A stretch of DNA of 64,000 nt from an uncultured Candidatus Saccharibacteria bacterium (GCA_964615415.1 CAZTNI010000001.1:176746-240745), one strand, 5' to 3'. Shown: positions 1-9,351, counted from the stretch's first letter. Notes: generated by a model not told the origin, from the letters alone. Program-made: numbers and translations.

Positions 1-430
1 TGCTGTTACTGTGTGCGCAGGTGTAGGAGACAAAAATGCGAAGAAACTCCTTGCTGCAACGGAAGAAGCGCTGTATGCCGCTATTGCCGCTGCACGTCCA
101 GGTAAACATGTGGGCGACATTGGGGCAGCGGTTATGGAAGTTGCGCGGCGAAATAATTTTTCAGTAGTAGAAGACCTTGGCGGGCACGGTATTGGCCGCG
201 TGCTCCACGAGCCGCCCTACATTCCAAACGAAGGAAACCCGGGCGAAGGGGAAGAGCTTGTGGAGGGGCTCGTGCTCGCGATCGAGCCTATGCTTACAGA
301 AGGGTCGCCAAAAATTACGCTCGACAAAAATGATCAGTGGACGTATCGCATGAAAGACGGACTCCGCGCGGCTCACTTTGAACACACTGTTTTGATCACA
401 AAAAAAGGCGCAGAGGTGCTCACTAAGTAA
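1..430 (+). CDS. map: methionine aminopeptidase type I (5'-truncated by window)
   Basis: GHGIG..HE.P, AIEPM and AAHFEHTV metal-binding motifs; ORF open to window start. Confidence 0.95.
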   Translation, partial: AVTVCAGVGDKNAKKLLAATEEALYAAIAAARPGKHVGDIGAAVMEVARRNNFSVVEDLGGHGIGRVLHEPPYIPNEGNPGEGEELVEGLVLAIEPMLTEGSPKITLDKNDQWTYRMKDGLRAAHFEHTVLITKKGAEVLTK

Positions 431-477
431 AGGAGCCGCATTGCTTCTTTTCCGCACCTGTTGTACAGTGCCCTTTA

Positions 478-1059
478 ATGCATCCCAAAGAGGAAAAAAC
501 ATTCGTGCTCATAAAGCCAGACGGCGTCCGCAAGGGCCTTATTGGCGAGGTTATTAAGCGTTTTGAACAGCGCGACCTCAAGGTGATCGCCCTCGATATG
601 TTCCAGGCAACGCGCGAAGAAATGGACAACCACTATCCAAAAGATGATAAGTGGATGATGCGCATTGGTGAAAAAACGACTGGCACATACAACAAGTATG
701 GCTACGACATCACGAAAGACTTCGGCACAACCGACCTTCTGACGATCGGTAAAGAAGTGCGCAACTGGCTCGTCGATTTTATGACCTCGGCACCTATGGT
801 TAAGATGGTGGTGCAAGGTGTGCATGCGGTGGACATGGTGCGCAAAATCGTTGGTCCAACCATGCCGTACTTGGCAGAAATGGGCACTATCCGCGGCGAC
901 TATTCTGCAGACTCAGCTATTTCTGCAAACATGGAACGTCGCGCGGTCTATAACCTGGTGCACGCAAGTGAAACTCCAGAAGAGGCAAAACACGAAATTG
1001 AGCACTGGTTCGGCGCTCAAAATGTCTTTCAATACAAACGTTTTGGTATAGACGAGTAG
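478..1059 (+). CDS. ndk: nucleoside diphosphate kinase
   Basis: EKTFVLIKPDGV, GTIRGDY, NLVHASE catalytic His. Confidence 0.95.
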   Translation: MHPKEEKTFVLIKPDGVRKGLIGEVIKRFEQRDLKVIALDMFQATREEMDNHYPKDDKWMMRIGEKTTGTYNKYGYDITKDFGTTDLLTIGKEVRNWLVDFMTSAPMVKMVVQGVHAVDMVRKIVGPTMPYLAEMGTIRGDYSADSAISANMERRAVYNLVHASETPEEAKHEIEHWFGAQNVFQYKRFGIDE

Positions 1060-1062
1060 CTT

Positions 1063-1138
1063 TAAAAACACTAAATAAAGATAGGTCCTCGGTTCTCCTC
1101 GAAGACTCGGCCAGACCTCTCTTTCTTTAGTGTTTTTA
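1063..1138. repeat. palindromic element copy 1 (conserved core, unique arms)
   Basis: About 25-bp imperfect inverted arms; core GTCCTCGGTTCTCC (1085-1098) ... GGCCAGAC (1109-1116), identical to cores at 27461 and 32518. Confidence 0.85.
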
Positions 1139-1144
1139 CGCAAA

Positions 1145-1153
1145 TGGTATACT
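1145..1153 (+). promoter_or_regulatory. extended -10 promoter for the 6S-like RNA
   Basis: TGGTATACT (TGn-TATACT) ending 6 nt before the rod-shaped RNA. Confidence 0.6.
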
Positions 1154-1159
1154 AGTAGA

Positions 1160-1278
1160 GGACTTCGGAAGTAAATGTCCTTAAGTGATCTACAGGGAGT
1201 TCGAGTTTTGGATTACACCGTGGTGTAGTCCATAGAACACCCACTTTACACAAAAGTAGACACTTACTTCCGGGGTTC
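1160..1278 (+). ncRNA. ssrS: 6S RNA-like ncRNA (compact)
   Basis: Rod-like fold: closing stem GGACTTCGGAAGTAAATGTC/GACACTTACTTCCGGGGTTC, large central bubble, inner stem flanked by GGGAG and CACCCAC motifs resembling those of 6S RNAs; own promoter and a downstream hairpin. Confidence 0.65.
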
Positions 1279-1334
1279 ATGGAGAGCCCCGCTCCGAAGG
1301 GAAGCGGGACTTTGCGTACTAGACTTACCCCACT

Positions 1335-1727
1335 ATGGCTTTTCTTTTTTACACGTTAGCCATTCTTACTTCTGCATTTACTGCATGGCTCTACTCACTT
1401 GGTGTAGGGAACTCACTTTTTTGGATTTACTGGTGGTACGACATTTTGATTCATATTCTTGCCGGACTCATGTTGGGATTCTGGGCGGCGGGTGGCGCTG
1501 CAGAGCGTGATGCGCCGAGTGCACGTATGGTGCTGTATGTTGTGTTTGTGGTGCTTAGTGTTGCACTGCTCTGGGAAGGATTTGAAATAATTACTGATAT
1601 CGCCGACAAGGCAGGGGGTGCATACTATGTCGACACGTTTGCCGACATCTGTAATGCAATCTTAGGGAGCGCACCTGCAATGGTGCTCTACATACTACTG
1701 CGTCGTACTCGTACACACTATGTCTAA
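1335..1727 (+). CDS. integral membrane protein (4 TM)
   Basis: Hydrophobic segments, WYDILIH and WEGFE..D motifs; overlaps next gene. Confidence 0.75.
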   Translation: MAFLFYTLAILTSAFTAWLYSLGVGNSLFWIYWWYDILIHILAGLMLGFWAAGGAAERDAPSARMVLYVVFVVLSVALLWEGFEIITDIADKAGGAYYVDTFADICNAILGSAPAMVLYILLRRTRTHYV

Positions 1728-3084
1728 TACGAGCATACATTTTTACGGTGGTGCAGGGTCAGTCACGGGTGCGAATTTCTTGCTCGAAACAGGAAGCGTC
1801 CGCGCTTTAGTCGACTGCGGATTAACCCAAGGCACAGATACTGCCGAAGAGCGCAATTGGACACCCTTTGCGTACGATCCGTCATCCATTCCGTTTCTGT
1901 TTATTACGCATGCGCACATTGACCACATTGGACGTATTCCAAAATTAGTTAAAGATGGTTTTACAGGAAGAATTATTTCAACCGAAGCAACTCGTGCGCT
2001 CGCAGAGCCGCTTCTCTTGGATTGTATGGAGCTGCTTGCTCATACTGCAGAAAAACACGGTCGTGCAGAATTATTTTCAAAAGCTGACGTAGCAGCAGCG
2101 ATGCAGCTATGGGAAGGCGTGTCGTATGGGAAGCCTATTGATGTGGGAGAGGGGATTACCGCTACGTTTCTCGATGCGGGGCATATCTTGGGGTCGGGTA
2201 TGGTGCAATTTGAGCGTGAGGGTAAAAAACTTATCTTTACCGGTGACTTGGGGAGCGGTAACTCGCCCCTGCTTGCACCAGTTGCAGAGGTAACCACCGC
2301 AACATACTTGGTTATGGAAAGTGTTTATGGGGATCGAGTGCGAGAGGAAGATGGAGATAGGCGTGACCAGCTAGAAGACGTTATTGAGGACACTATAGGA
2401 AAAGGCGGGACACTACTTATCCCCGCATTTTCTACCGAGCGCACCCAAGATTTGTTGTTCGAAGTTCGGACCCTTATGACGGAAAAACGCATTCCGAGCT
2501 GTCCAGTCTTTATCGACTCTCCATTAGCGGAAAAAATAACCGCCGCCTATGTAGCACATCCAGCGTACTTTTCTGCAGACATGCAGGCCCGCATTGCAAA
2601 AGGGGAGCATATTTTCTCCTTTCCCGAGTTGCAACTCGTAGAAGATATAGAAGAGTCTCGTCGTGTTGCGCATCGTCCTGGTGCAAAAATTATTATCGCG
2701 GGGTCGGGCATGAGTAATGGCGGTCGAGTACAAATGCACGAAGAACAAGTATGTACTGATCCTAAATCAACTATTTTGATCGTGGGCTATCAAGCTGCGG
2801 GAAGCTTAGGGCGCCGACTCATCGACGGGGAAAAGACCATATTCCTTCGAGGACAAAAAGTGCGGGTGCAGTGTAAGGTGAAGGCAATCTATGGATATTC
2901 TGCGCACATGGACAGTGAGCAGCTCCTTGAGTTTGTAAATAAAACCGCCAAAAGTTTAAAGGAGGCATTTGTCGTCATGGGAGAGCCATCCTCGGCAGTA
3001 TTTTTAGCACAGCGCATCCGCGACTATCTTGGTACAAAAGCAACGACTCCTGAAGTGGGCGCAAAAGCTGAAATTGATTTCTAG
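1720..3084 (+). CDS. MBL-fold beta-CASP ribonuclease
   Basis: THAHIDHIG, AGHILGS, FTGDLG, MESVYG, SAHMD motifs. Confidence 0.92.
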   Translation: MSNTSIHFYGGAGSVTGANFLLETGSVRALVDCGLTQGTDTAEERNWTPFAYDPSSIPFLFITHAHIDHIGRIPKLVKDGFTGRIISTEATRALAEPLLLDCMELLAHTAEKHGRAELFSKADVAAAMQLWEGVSYGKPIDVGEGITATFLDAGHILGSGMVQFEREGKKLIFTGDLGSGNSPLLAPVAEVTTATYLVMESVYGDRVREEDGDRRDQLEDVIEDTIGKGGTLLIPAFSTERTQDLLFEVRTLMTEKRIPSCPVFIDSPLAEKITAAYVAHPAYFSADMQARIAKGEHIFSFPELQLVEDIEESRRVAHRPGAKIIIAGSGMSNGGRVQMHEEQVCTDPKSTILIVGYQAAGSLGRRLIDGEKTIFLRGQKVRVQCKVKAIYGYSAHMDSEQLLEFVNKTAKSLKEAFVVMGEPSSAVFLAQRIRDYLGTKATTPEVGAKAEIDF

Positions 3085-3099
3085 TGTACAATTAAGAAA

Positions 3100-3711
3100 A
3101 TGGATCCGAAGCATGAACATTTGCAGTTAAAGTTGTGTGTCTCAGGTGCAGCGGAAACAGGACATTGTGGCGTTGATGCATACGACAAAGGCATTGCACT
3201 TGGCAAAGAAATTGCACGCGCAGGCGCCATTTTAGTTGAAGGTGCAACAACGGGTTTTCCGCTCTGGTCAGCTATGGGCGCAAAAGAGGCTGGGGGATTT
3301 GTAATAGGATTTTCGCCTGCATCTACCGAGAAAGAACATATCGAAACGTACAACCTTCCCGTTGAATACCATGACCTTATTGTCTACACGGGCTTTGGCT
3401 ACCCAGGGCGCGACCTCATTTTGACCCGCTCGGCAGATGCTATCTTTTTTGGATGTGGACGTATTGGTACTATCCACGAATTTACTATTGCGTTCGAAGA
3501 TAAAAAGCCAATTGGCATTTTAGAGGCCGACTGGGAGACTGATGAGCTTATTAAAGATATTGTCGAAAAAGGTCACCGTGCCAACGACCGTATCGTGTTT
3601 GATAATGACCCGAAGGCGCTCGTAGAACGGGTGATAGCGCTCGTAAAGGCAGACAAAATAAACCGCGCCTCCTTCCGCTTTGAAGCCGCAGGCGAAATAC
3701 CCGGGAACTAA
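3100..3711 (+). CDS. LOG/TIGR00725-like nucleotide-binding protein
   Basis: Rossmann-like GATTG, GRDLIL..SADA, GRIGTIHEF motifs. Confidence 0.8.
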   Translation: MDPKHEHLQLKLCVSGAAETGHCGVDAYDKGIALGKEIARAGAILVEGATTGFPLWSAMGAKEAGGFVIGFSPASTEKEHIETYNLPVEYHDLIVYTGFGYPGRDLILTRSADAIFFGCGRIGTIHEFTIAFEDKKPIGILEADWETDELIKDIVEKGHRANDRIVFDNDPKALVERVIALVKADKINRASFRFEAAGEIPGN

Positions 3712-3737
3712 AAAAGCCCCTCTTGAGGGGCTTTTTT
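3711..3737. terminator. bidirectional intrinsic terminator
   Basis: AAAAAGCCCCTC-TT-GAGGGGCTTTTT between convergent genes. Confidence 0.85.
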
Positions 3738-3739
3738 AG

Positions 3740-4090
3740 TTAGGCAACCTTTTTTGCTACTCGGGCGAAGCTTGCAGGAGATTTTTCTGCCATCTCTGCG
3801 AGCATTTTGCGGTTAAGCTTGATGCCTGCCTTGTTGAGGGCGCCGATGAATTTGCTGTAAGAAAGGGTTTCTGAAACACCTTCGAGACCTGCGTTAATGC
3901 GGACGTTCCAGAGGCGGCGGAAGTCATTCTTCTTGTCGCGGCGGTGTGCAAACGCATACTTACCAGCGTGGAAGATAGCCTCCTTTGCTGCGCGCTCCTT
4001 CTTTGAACGTGCAAAGCGGTAGCCTTTTACCTGTTTAAGGACATTACGACGGCGCTTTGCTGATATTTTTCCTCCTTTTACGCGTGCCAT
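3740..4090 (-). CDS. rplT: 50S ribosomal protein L20
   Basis: MARVKGG, FRRLWNVRINA, LNRKMLAE. Confidence 0.97.
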   Translation of the reverse strand: MARVKGGKISAKRRRNVLKQVKGYRFARSKKERAAKEAIFHAGKYAFAHRRDKKNDFRRLWNVRINAGLEGVSETLSYSKFIGALNKAGIKLNRKMLAEMAEKSPASFARVAKKVA

Positions 4091-4095
4091 ATATG

Positions 4096-4296
4096 TTAGT
4101 TACGAGATGGGGAAGCAGTATTAATAAATTGCTGCGTCACCTTCTTCGAAAAAGTAAGAGACTGAGAGCGGCGGCCGGTCATCTGAGTAGAGCGGCTCTC
4201 TTTTGCATTGAAATGGTTTTGACCAGGCTTACGTGCAATAACCTTACCGTTGCGGGTAATTTTAAGACGCTTTGTAAATGATTTGTTCGTTTTCAT
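4096..4296 (-). CDS. rpmI: 50S ribosomal protein L35
   Basis: MKTNKSFTKRLKITRNGK; conserved infC-rpmI-rplT order; start set at ATG 4296. Confidence 0.93.
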   Translation of the reverse strand: MKTNKSFTKRLKITRNGKVIARKPGQNHFNAKESRSTQMTGRRSQSLTFSKKVTQQFINTASPSRN

Positions 4297-4306
4297 ACTA
4301 TTGAAA

Positions 4307-4822
4307 TTACTTCTTCGCACCACGCTCGATAACCGTACTTAGACCTTTGAGGCTCTTTGCGATAGGCTCGGCAACCTTGTAGTCGTAGGGGATCAGCTTG
4401 AGGAACCGCTCTAAACGCTCTTTGAGGAGTGCGAAATCCATATACTTATACCGGCCCCAGAGAAACAGGTCTACCTTGACCCGATGCCCTTCCTCGAGCC
4501 ACTCGGCCGCTTTTTTAGCCTTGAGGTTAAGGTCGTGCTCGCCAGTGCCAATCTTGACCTGGACGCTCTTGGTTTCCGTGGTATGTGATTTCGCCTTTAT
4601 TTCTCGGCGTTTTTTCTGCTGTTCGTACGTAAATTTACCATATTCCATTATTTTTGCAACTGGCGGGACGGCGCTCGGAGAGATCTCTATAAGGTCGAGT
4701 CCAGCCTCTTCAGCCTTTGCTAGAGCCTCAGAAAGGCTAATAACCCCAAAGTTTTCACCCTCGGGGCCTATAACGCGCAGCTGCGCAGAACGGATCTGGT
4801 GGTTAATACGAGTCGTATCCAA
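4307..4822 (-). CDS. infC: translation initiation factor IF-3
   Basis: RINHQIR, GLDLIEISP..VPPVAKIMEYGKF; non-ATG (TTG) start. Confidence 0.95.
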   Translation of the reverse strand: MDTTRINHQIRSAQLRVIGPEGENFGVISLSEALAKAEEAGLDLIEISPSAVPPVAKIMEYGKFTYEQQKKRREIKAKSHTTETKSVQVKIGTGEHDLNLKAKKAAEWLEEGHRVKVDLFLWGRYKYMDFALLKERLERFLKLIPYDYKVAEPIAKSLKGLSTVIERGAKK

Positions 4823-4975
4823 AGCTGTAGTGTCAATACTATAGCAGGTGTGGGGGGTTAGGGCAATCTAATGAGCTGCTCCTCGCATAGAGAGTGTGGA
4901 CATTTATACAAAATATTGTAATATGTGTTCGGTTTTGGCGACGCACAGAGGCGTCAAAAACATAGGAGGAAGGCA

Positions 4976-5632
4976 GTGTCTCTTATACGAACGGCGCATT
5001 CTGGACAGGCAAAAAGTGCTCCGCGCAAGCGGCTGCGCCAGCAGCAGAAGAGAATACTAGAACTGCAGAAGTTGTGGCGTGCGAAAAATACGGCACAGGA
5101 CTTGCAGGATTTGCTGCCGGTAGAAATAGTTATTCGCGGATATGAACGATGGCAAGATGCGTACGCTTCTTTCCCTTTGCTTACGGCACGGGCAGACAAT
5201 CCTTATTTTGTTGCCGGCAAACCTATATCGTTCCTTGAAGCGGTCCGCGTGAATGCCGACTTAAACCGGGTGAGTTTCGAACGAGAGATCGTGAGCGACC
5301 TTCTTACAAGAGGGTATGTACTCGAAGAGCTTGAGTTTGAAATAGACCATCCGGCGCGTGGTCGCTGGGGTAAGTGTGTCTGGGATCGCGACAATCCTGT
5401 CTACGACAGGAAGTTGAAGTTCTTCCCTGAAGCTGACAGAACCGTGTGCAGCTTCCTTGTTGCCAGACACCGGACCGAGTTTGCTGGCGAACAGGAGTTT
5501 GGTCTGTATTCAACGCAGATGGTCGGAGCTGTGTTAATTACCGGGAAGGTACAAATACTGCTTCACAAAACAATACTCTTCCATAAGGTCGTGCTGTCGC
5601 CCCCGGCGCAGCAGCTTGCACAAGCGGCGTGA
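4976..5632 (+). CDS. hypothetical protein
   Basis: Long ORF, AGGAGG SD before GTG 4976; no recognised motif. Confidence 0.65.
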   Translation: MSLIRTAHSGQAKSAPRKRLRQQQKRILELQKLWRAKNTAQDLQDLLPVEIVIRGYERWQDAYASFPLLTARADNPYFVAGKPISFLEAVRVNADLNRVSFEREIVSDLLTRGYVLEELEFEIDHPARGRWGKCVWDRDNPVYDRKLKFFPEADRTVCSFLVARHRTEFAGEQEFGLYSTQMVGAVLITGKVQILLHKTILFHKVVLSPPAQQLAQAA

Positions 5633-5700
5633 GTCGCTTCGAAATCTAAGGTCACGCTCAAAGCGTGACCTTTTTCTTTTCGGACTGCTATACTGCCGAT

Positions 5701-6825
5701 ATGCCGCAGCCGCGATACGAATACAGTCGCTCAGTGATACAAAAGACTATTGAGGAGTTGCTGGGACTTTCTGCGCCCTTTGGACTAACGGTGCGGTATG
5801 CGGTCAAAGCGAATCCATTCCCCGAAATATTAAAAATGATGCACGGGGCCGGCGTGCACTTTGACGCGAGTTCGAGTTACGAAGCTGCTATGTTGCTTGA
5901 ACAAGGTGTAGAAGGAAATAAAATCTCACTTTCGTCGCAGCAATCGCCACATAACCTTTCAGATTTATTGAATGAGGGTGTTCTTTTTGTTGCGACCTCG
6001 CTTAATCAATTAAAAATATTTCTTGATACTGTAAATCATCCAACCACTGTTGGTGTACGGATAAACGTAGGGATAGGAGAAGGGCATACGAAGCGCACGA
6101 GTACGGGTGGCGTAAACTCCAGCTTCGGCATTTGGCATGAGTATATAGATGACGTACTTGCTGTGGCGCAGGCTGCGAATGTAAAAATCGACCGACTGCA
6201 TATACATGTCGGTTCAGGAGCAGATCCAAAAATTTGGAAAGACGTAATGGAAAAATCTTTAGCTGTTGTAGAACAATTTCCTGACGTTACTTCTTTAGAT
6301 ATTGGTGGCGGCTATAAAATTCATCGCTATGCAGACGAAAAGGAGGCAAACATACCAGACATTGCAGCACTATTTGCAGAACAGTTACAATCTTTTTCTG
6401 AACGCACCGGAAGAAAACTCCATCTTGAAATAGAGCCAGGTACGTATTTTATTGCGCACGCAGGGACACTCGTTGCCTGCGTAGACGATATTGTCGACAC
6501 AGGGAAGGATGGCTACACATTCTTGCGACTCAATACCGGCATGAACGACTTTCTGCGTAGTACTCTCTACGGCGCACGCCACAACATTGAAGTTATAAAC
6601 GACAGCGTTACGACAAAAGAGTATGTAGTAGTGGGACACAACTGCGAGTCGGGCGACATACTTTCGCCGGTTGCGCATAACCCTGAAGAGATAGAAACTC
6701 GTACCCTTAAAGAAGCAAGAATAGGAGACGAAGTGCGGGTATATGACACTGGTGCATACTGTGCCAGTATGCGCGCAAAAGGCTACAACTCATTTCCTGA
6801 TGCAGTTGAGGTGATGGTCGAGTAG
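5701..6825 (+). CDS. lysA: diaminopimelate decarboxylase-like PLP enzyme
   Basis: YAVKAN (PLP Lys), HIHVGSG, DIGGG, EPG, CESGD, GAYC; ATG 6 nt after TATACT. Confidence 0.85.
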   Translation: MPQPRYEYSRSVIQKTIEELLGLSAPFGLTVRYAVKANPFPEILKMMHGAGVHFDASSSYEAAMLLEQGVEGNKISLSSQQSPHNLSDLLNEGVLFVATSLNQLKIFLDTVNHPTTVGVRINVGIGEGHTKRTSTGGVNSSFGIWHEYIDDVLAVAQAANVKIDRLHIHVGSGADPKIWKDVMEKSLAVVEQFPDVTSLDIGGGYKIHRYADEKEANIPDIAALFAEQLQSFSERTGRKLHLEIEPGTYFIAHAGTLVACVDDIVDTGKDGYTFLRLNTGMNDFLRSTLYGARHNIEVINDSVTTKEYVVVGHNCESGDILSPVAHNPEEIETRTLKEARIGDEVRVYDTGAYCASMRAKGYNSFPDAVEVMVE

Positions 6826-6838
6826 TGAAAAACCTCGT

Positions 6839-6867
6839 TTGACACAGTAAGGCTTGGGGAATATATT
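6839..6867 (+). promoter_or_regulatory. sigma70 promoter
   Basis: TTGACA-17 nt-TATATT. Confidence 0.8.
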
Positions 6868-6873
6868 CAATCT

Positions 6874-6945
6874 ATGCAGTCTATGCACAAGTGGTTCCGC
6901 GTCACCATTACTACCGACTTAGCCGGGGACACTTTTGCTGCGTAA
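6874..6945 (+). CDS. putative leader peptide MQSMHKWFRVTITTDLAGDTFAA
   Basis: ATG at the expected transcription start; followed by a terminator with an alternative antiterminator pairing. Confidence 0.55.
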   Translation: MQSMHKWFRVTITTDLAGDTFAA

Positions 6946-6974
6946 CTAATCTCAAGAAACCAAGCACCAAAACG

Positions 6975-7003
6975 AATCCCCGGCGAAGCGCCGGGGATTT
7001 TTT
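6975..7003 (+). terminator. attenuator-type intrinsic terminator
   Basis: AATCCCCGGCG-AAG-CGCCGGGGATT followed by a T-run. Confidence 0.8.
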
Positions 7004-7103
7004 GTGGGGCTCTGATGCAAGAAACACTTTTTGCACCAGCGCCTGACAAGGGGAGAAGCTGGATGATCTTTTAAAACATCGCACAACCATAGGAGGATTC
7101 GCG

Positions 7104-7625
7104 ATGAATAGTGCATACGAAATGCCGCGGTTTTTCTACACCCACGCGTCCTGTGCGGGTGCAGTGTCTGTAATACAGAAGATGCAGGAGCTGCTCCGTA
7201 CTACGGAATATCTTGCCGAGCGGCCGTACCTTGCCGGAGTTACGTGCAAGGTGTTTGAAGAAGGGGAAGTAATTGAAGTCCCCGCCAACTCGGTAGCCCT
7301 CTTCGACACTCCGTCGTGGAACAGGACCTTCACCCCGTTTGTGACGGAGAACAGTCCTATTGTTGTTCCCGCATGGGCGAGGATCTCGAAGTGGAGTGTG
7401 CGGGTCGGACACCCATGCATGGAGAAGAACCGTTTCTTGCACTGTGCAACATCGATACTCGCACGCTTCGGCAACAATGGGAGCGACACGTTGCGCGACG
7501 GGTACTACCCGTGGGGAGCAAAGAAGGGGACCACAGAACCCGGGACGCAGAATGTGCCGCGGAAGCGCAGGCAGTATCGGCGGAGTGGCCCCGTGTACCT
7601 TGCGGATGTCGGTAGAGGTTGGTAG
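7104..7625 (+). CDS. hypothetical protein
   Basis: AGGAGG SD, ATG; downstream of the attenuator. Confidence 0.6.
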   Translation: MNSAYEMPRFFYTHASCAGAVSVIQKMQELLRTTEYLAERPYLAGVTCKVFEEGEVIEVPANSVALFDTPSWNRTFTPFVTENSPIVVPAWARISKWSVRVGHPCMEKNRFLHCATSILARFGNNGSDTLRDGYYPWGAKKGTTEPGTQNVPRKRRQYRRSGPVYLADVGRGW

Positions 7626-7661
7626 GGTACGGACGGAAGTCTTTCAACAAAGGAGAGAGAA

Positions 7662-8600
7662 ATGTCGGTAATCATACGCGCTGTTGTCAGGCTAGAGCCT
7701 GGTTGCAGGTTGTTCTACGAATGTCCTCCTGCGGGGATTTCTGATCTTCGGGAGACGAATGAATTCTACAGAAAGTACGGAGGCAAATACGCAACGTTTA
7801 TTGGCTATAGCGAAAAGCTGATAAGTATCCTTGATCGACAAGGTCTGCTGCCGGGGCGGTATGTCGACATTCGGCACATTCGCGTTCGATTCGACGACGA
7901 AGAAATGTATAAACTCAGAGCCGATCATTTTGTGGTTGTAGATCCTGCACATGCAACCCTGGTGCACGATGCTTCTGAGGATCAACGAATGGGCGACCTG
8001 CTACACCCGATCCTCTTTTATCCGGGCGACCAAGTACGGTTGACGGAAAAGCCGCAGCACGAACCAGACTCATTTGACCTCAGTCTTGTGCGCGAAGTGA
8101 GGGAGGTGTTTCTGGGTAAGGAGGAACTCGCTCCAGGTGGCATCCCGCGCTACCAAGTGTATGAGGCGGATGCGGAGTACGAAGCGCGCAAGCGCCTTGA
8201 GGAAAGTAAACCACGGCTCATGTTCTCTCGCAGAGTGGAGCGACGTGAGTGGAACAGGGCGGGCGAAAACCTGCAACTTGTCTCCCGCGGCAACGTGTGG
8301 GCACTCTACAACGACCCATCGAAGCTTTCGTTCGTCGACGACCAGCAGGAGTCTGAATTCTGGGCCACGCCCGGCATTAGCCGTATTGCGAAGAGTGGTA
8401 TTCAAACTCCTACTGAAGCGTACGCGCTGTTCGAGAAGGGAGTGGGCGATATCGTGGGTGTCCCCGACTATGCAAAGCATGCACCTACCGGTTCGTACAT
8501 TGTCTTTAAGTTGAACGACTGCTTCGGGCAGCATCGTGAGCGGGTGCGAGCACTCACGAAGCGGCTCTACGAGCCGCAGCTGGAGCAGGTGGTAGCATAA
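7662..8600 (+). CDS. hypothetical protein
   Basis: AAGGAG SD, 312 aa, terminator after stop. Confidence 0.75.
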   Translation: MSVIIRAVVRLEPGCRLFYECPPAGISDLRETNEFYRKYGGKYATFIGYSEKLISILDRQGLLPGRYVDIRHIRVRFDDEEMYKLRADHFVVVDPAHATLVHDASEDQRMGDLLHPILFYPGDQVRLTEKPQHEPDSFDLSLVREVREVFLGKEELAPGGIPRYQVYEADAEYEARKRLEESKPRLMFSRRVERREWNRAGENLQLVSRGNVWALYNDPSKLSFVDDQQESEFWATPGISRIAKSGIQTPTEAYALFEKGVGDIVGVPDYAKHAPTGSYIVFKLNDCFGQHRERVRALTKRLYEPQLEQVVA

Positions 8601-8607
8601 AATAAAC

Positions 8608-8634
8608 GGCCGACGCGTAAGCGTCGGCCTTTTT
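8608..8634 (+). terminator. intrinsic terminator
   Basis: GGCCGACGC-GTAA-GCGTCGGCC-TTTTT. Confidence 0.8.
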
Positions 8635-8700
8635 CTTTGCAAAAAATTTATGAAAAAGAAAAGCCCCGCGCTTGGTAGCGCGGGGCGGGGTTGGAAAGAG

Positions 8701-9207
8701 CTAGTGCTCGCCGTAGCCGGAAGCATCGTCCTTGCTCGTGTAGTCGATCGTCTTCTTGAGGGTGCGAGCGTTGATCAGGAACGCGACGACGATCTGCAGG
8801 AACCAGAAGACGAGGAGTACGACGAATTCCGTCGTTCGGTACACGTTCAGAAAATCGAACCGTCCCGCCAGCATGAACAGGAAGAGGCAGAAGATCCAGA
8901 AGATCAGCATCGAGATGATCTCCCAGGTGTTGTCGATGCCGGGCTTCGAGACTCGCAGGAGTTCGAAGAGGGCCGTGCCGGCGCCAAGGACATAGATCAC
9001 TTCGACCCATGTGCCGGCGTAGGTGCCCTCCATGAATTCCGCCGTGAAGAGTATGGTCCGCATATCCGGGGCGGATACTTCGATGATGGTGTAGATGATG
9101 AGGACGACGAGTGCGTACGGAAGTCGCCGAAATAGCCTGCCTGCGACCTTGCGGAACTTGCTCGGTCGGCGCGGCCGGGTAACGGCTGCGACAGTAGCGT
9201 CAGTCAT
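8701..9207 (-). CDS. membrane protein (about 4 TM), GC-rich
   Basis: AAGGAG SD before ATG 9207, TTGACA promoter upstream, terminator downstream (about 8660-8690). Confidence 0.75.
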   Translation of the reverse strand: MTDATVAAVTRPRRPSKFRKVAGRLFRRLPYALVVLIIYTIIEVSAPDMRTILFTAEFMEGTYAGTWVEVIYVLGAGTALFELLRVSKPGIDNTWEIISMLIFWIFCLFLFMLAGRFDFLNVYRTTEFVVLLVFWFLQIVVAFLINARTLKKTIDYTSKDDASGYGEH

Positions 9208-9351
9208 GTCTGAGCTCTCCTTGTGTGTGCGTTGCAGGCGGTATGCCTGCAGGACGTCCGTTAGGTACAGTACAGCACTAAGTGTATTTGTCAAGCTCTA
9301 GCGAATCTGCTACACTCGTTGTCGGATTTGCTCTCAAACGGAGGTTCTTCT

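Noticed and set aside
1085-1116. Core of the palindromic element as a hammerhead or hairpin ribozyme
   Set aside because: GTC and AGAA are present, but the CUGANGA/GAAA core and the hairpin loop B are absent
1160-1278. SRP RNA or riboswitch
   Set aside because: No SRP helix-8 CAGG-CC-GGAA-GG-AGCA motif or known aptamer core; the rod-with-bubble fold fits 6S better
4835-4837. In-frame ATT as the infC start
   Set aside because: It directly abuts the TGCTATAGT -10 box and is probably upstream of the TSS; TTG 4822 retained
8650-9135. 161-aa + strand ORF
   Set aside because: Antisense shadow of a GC-rich minus-strand gene that has its own promoter, SD and terminator
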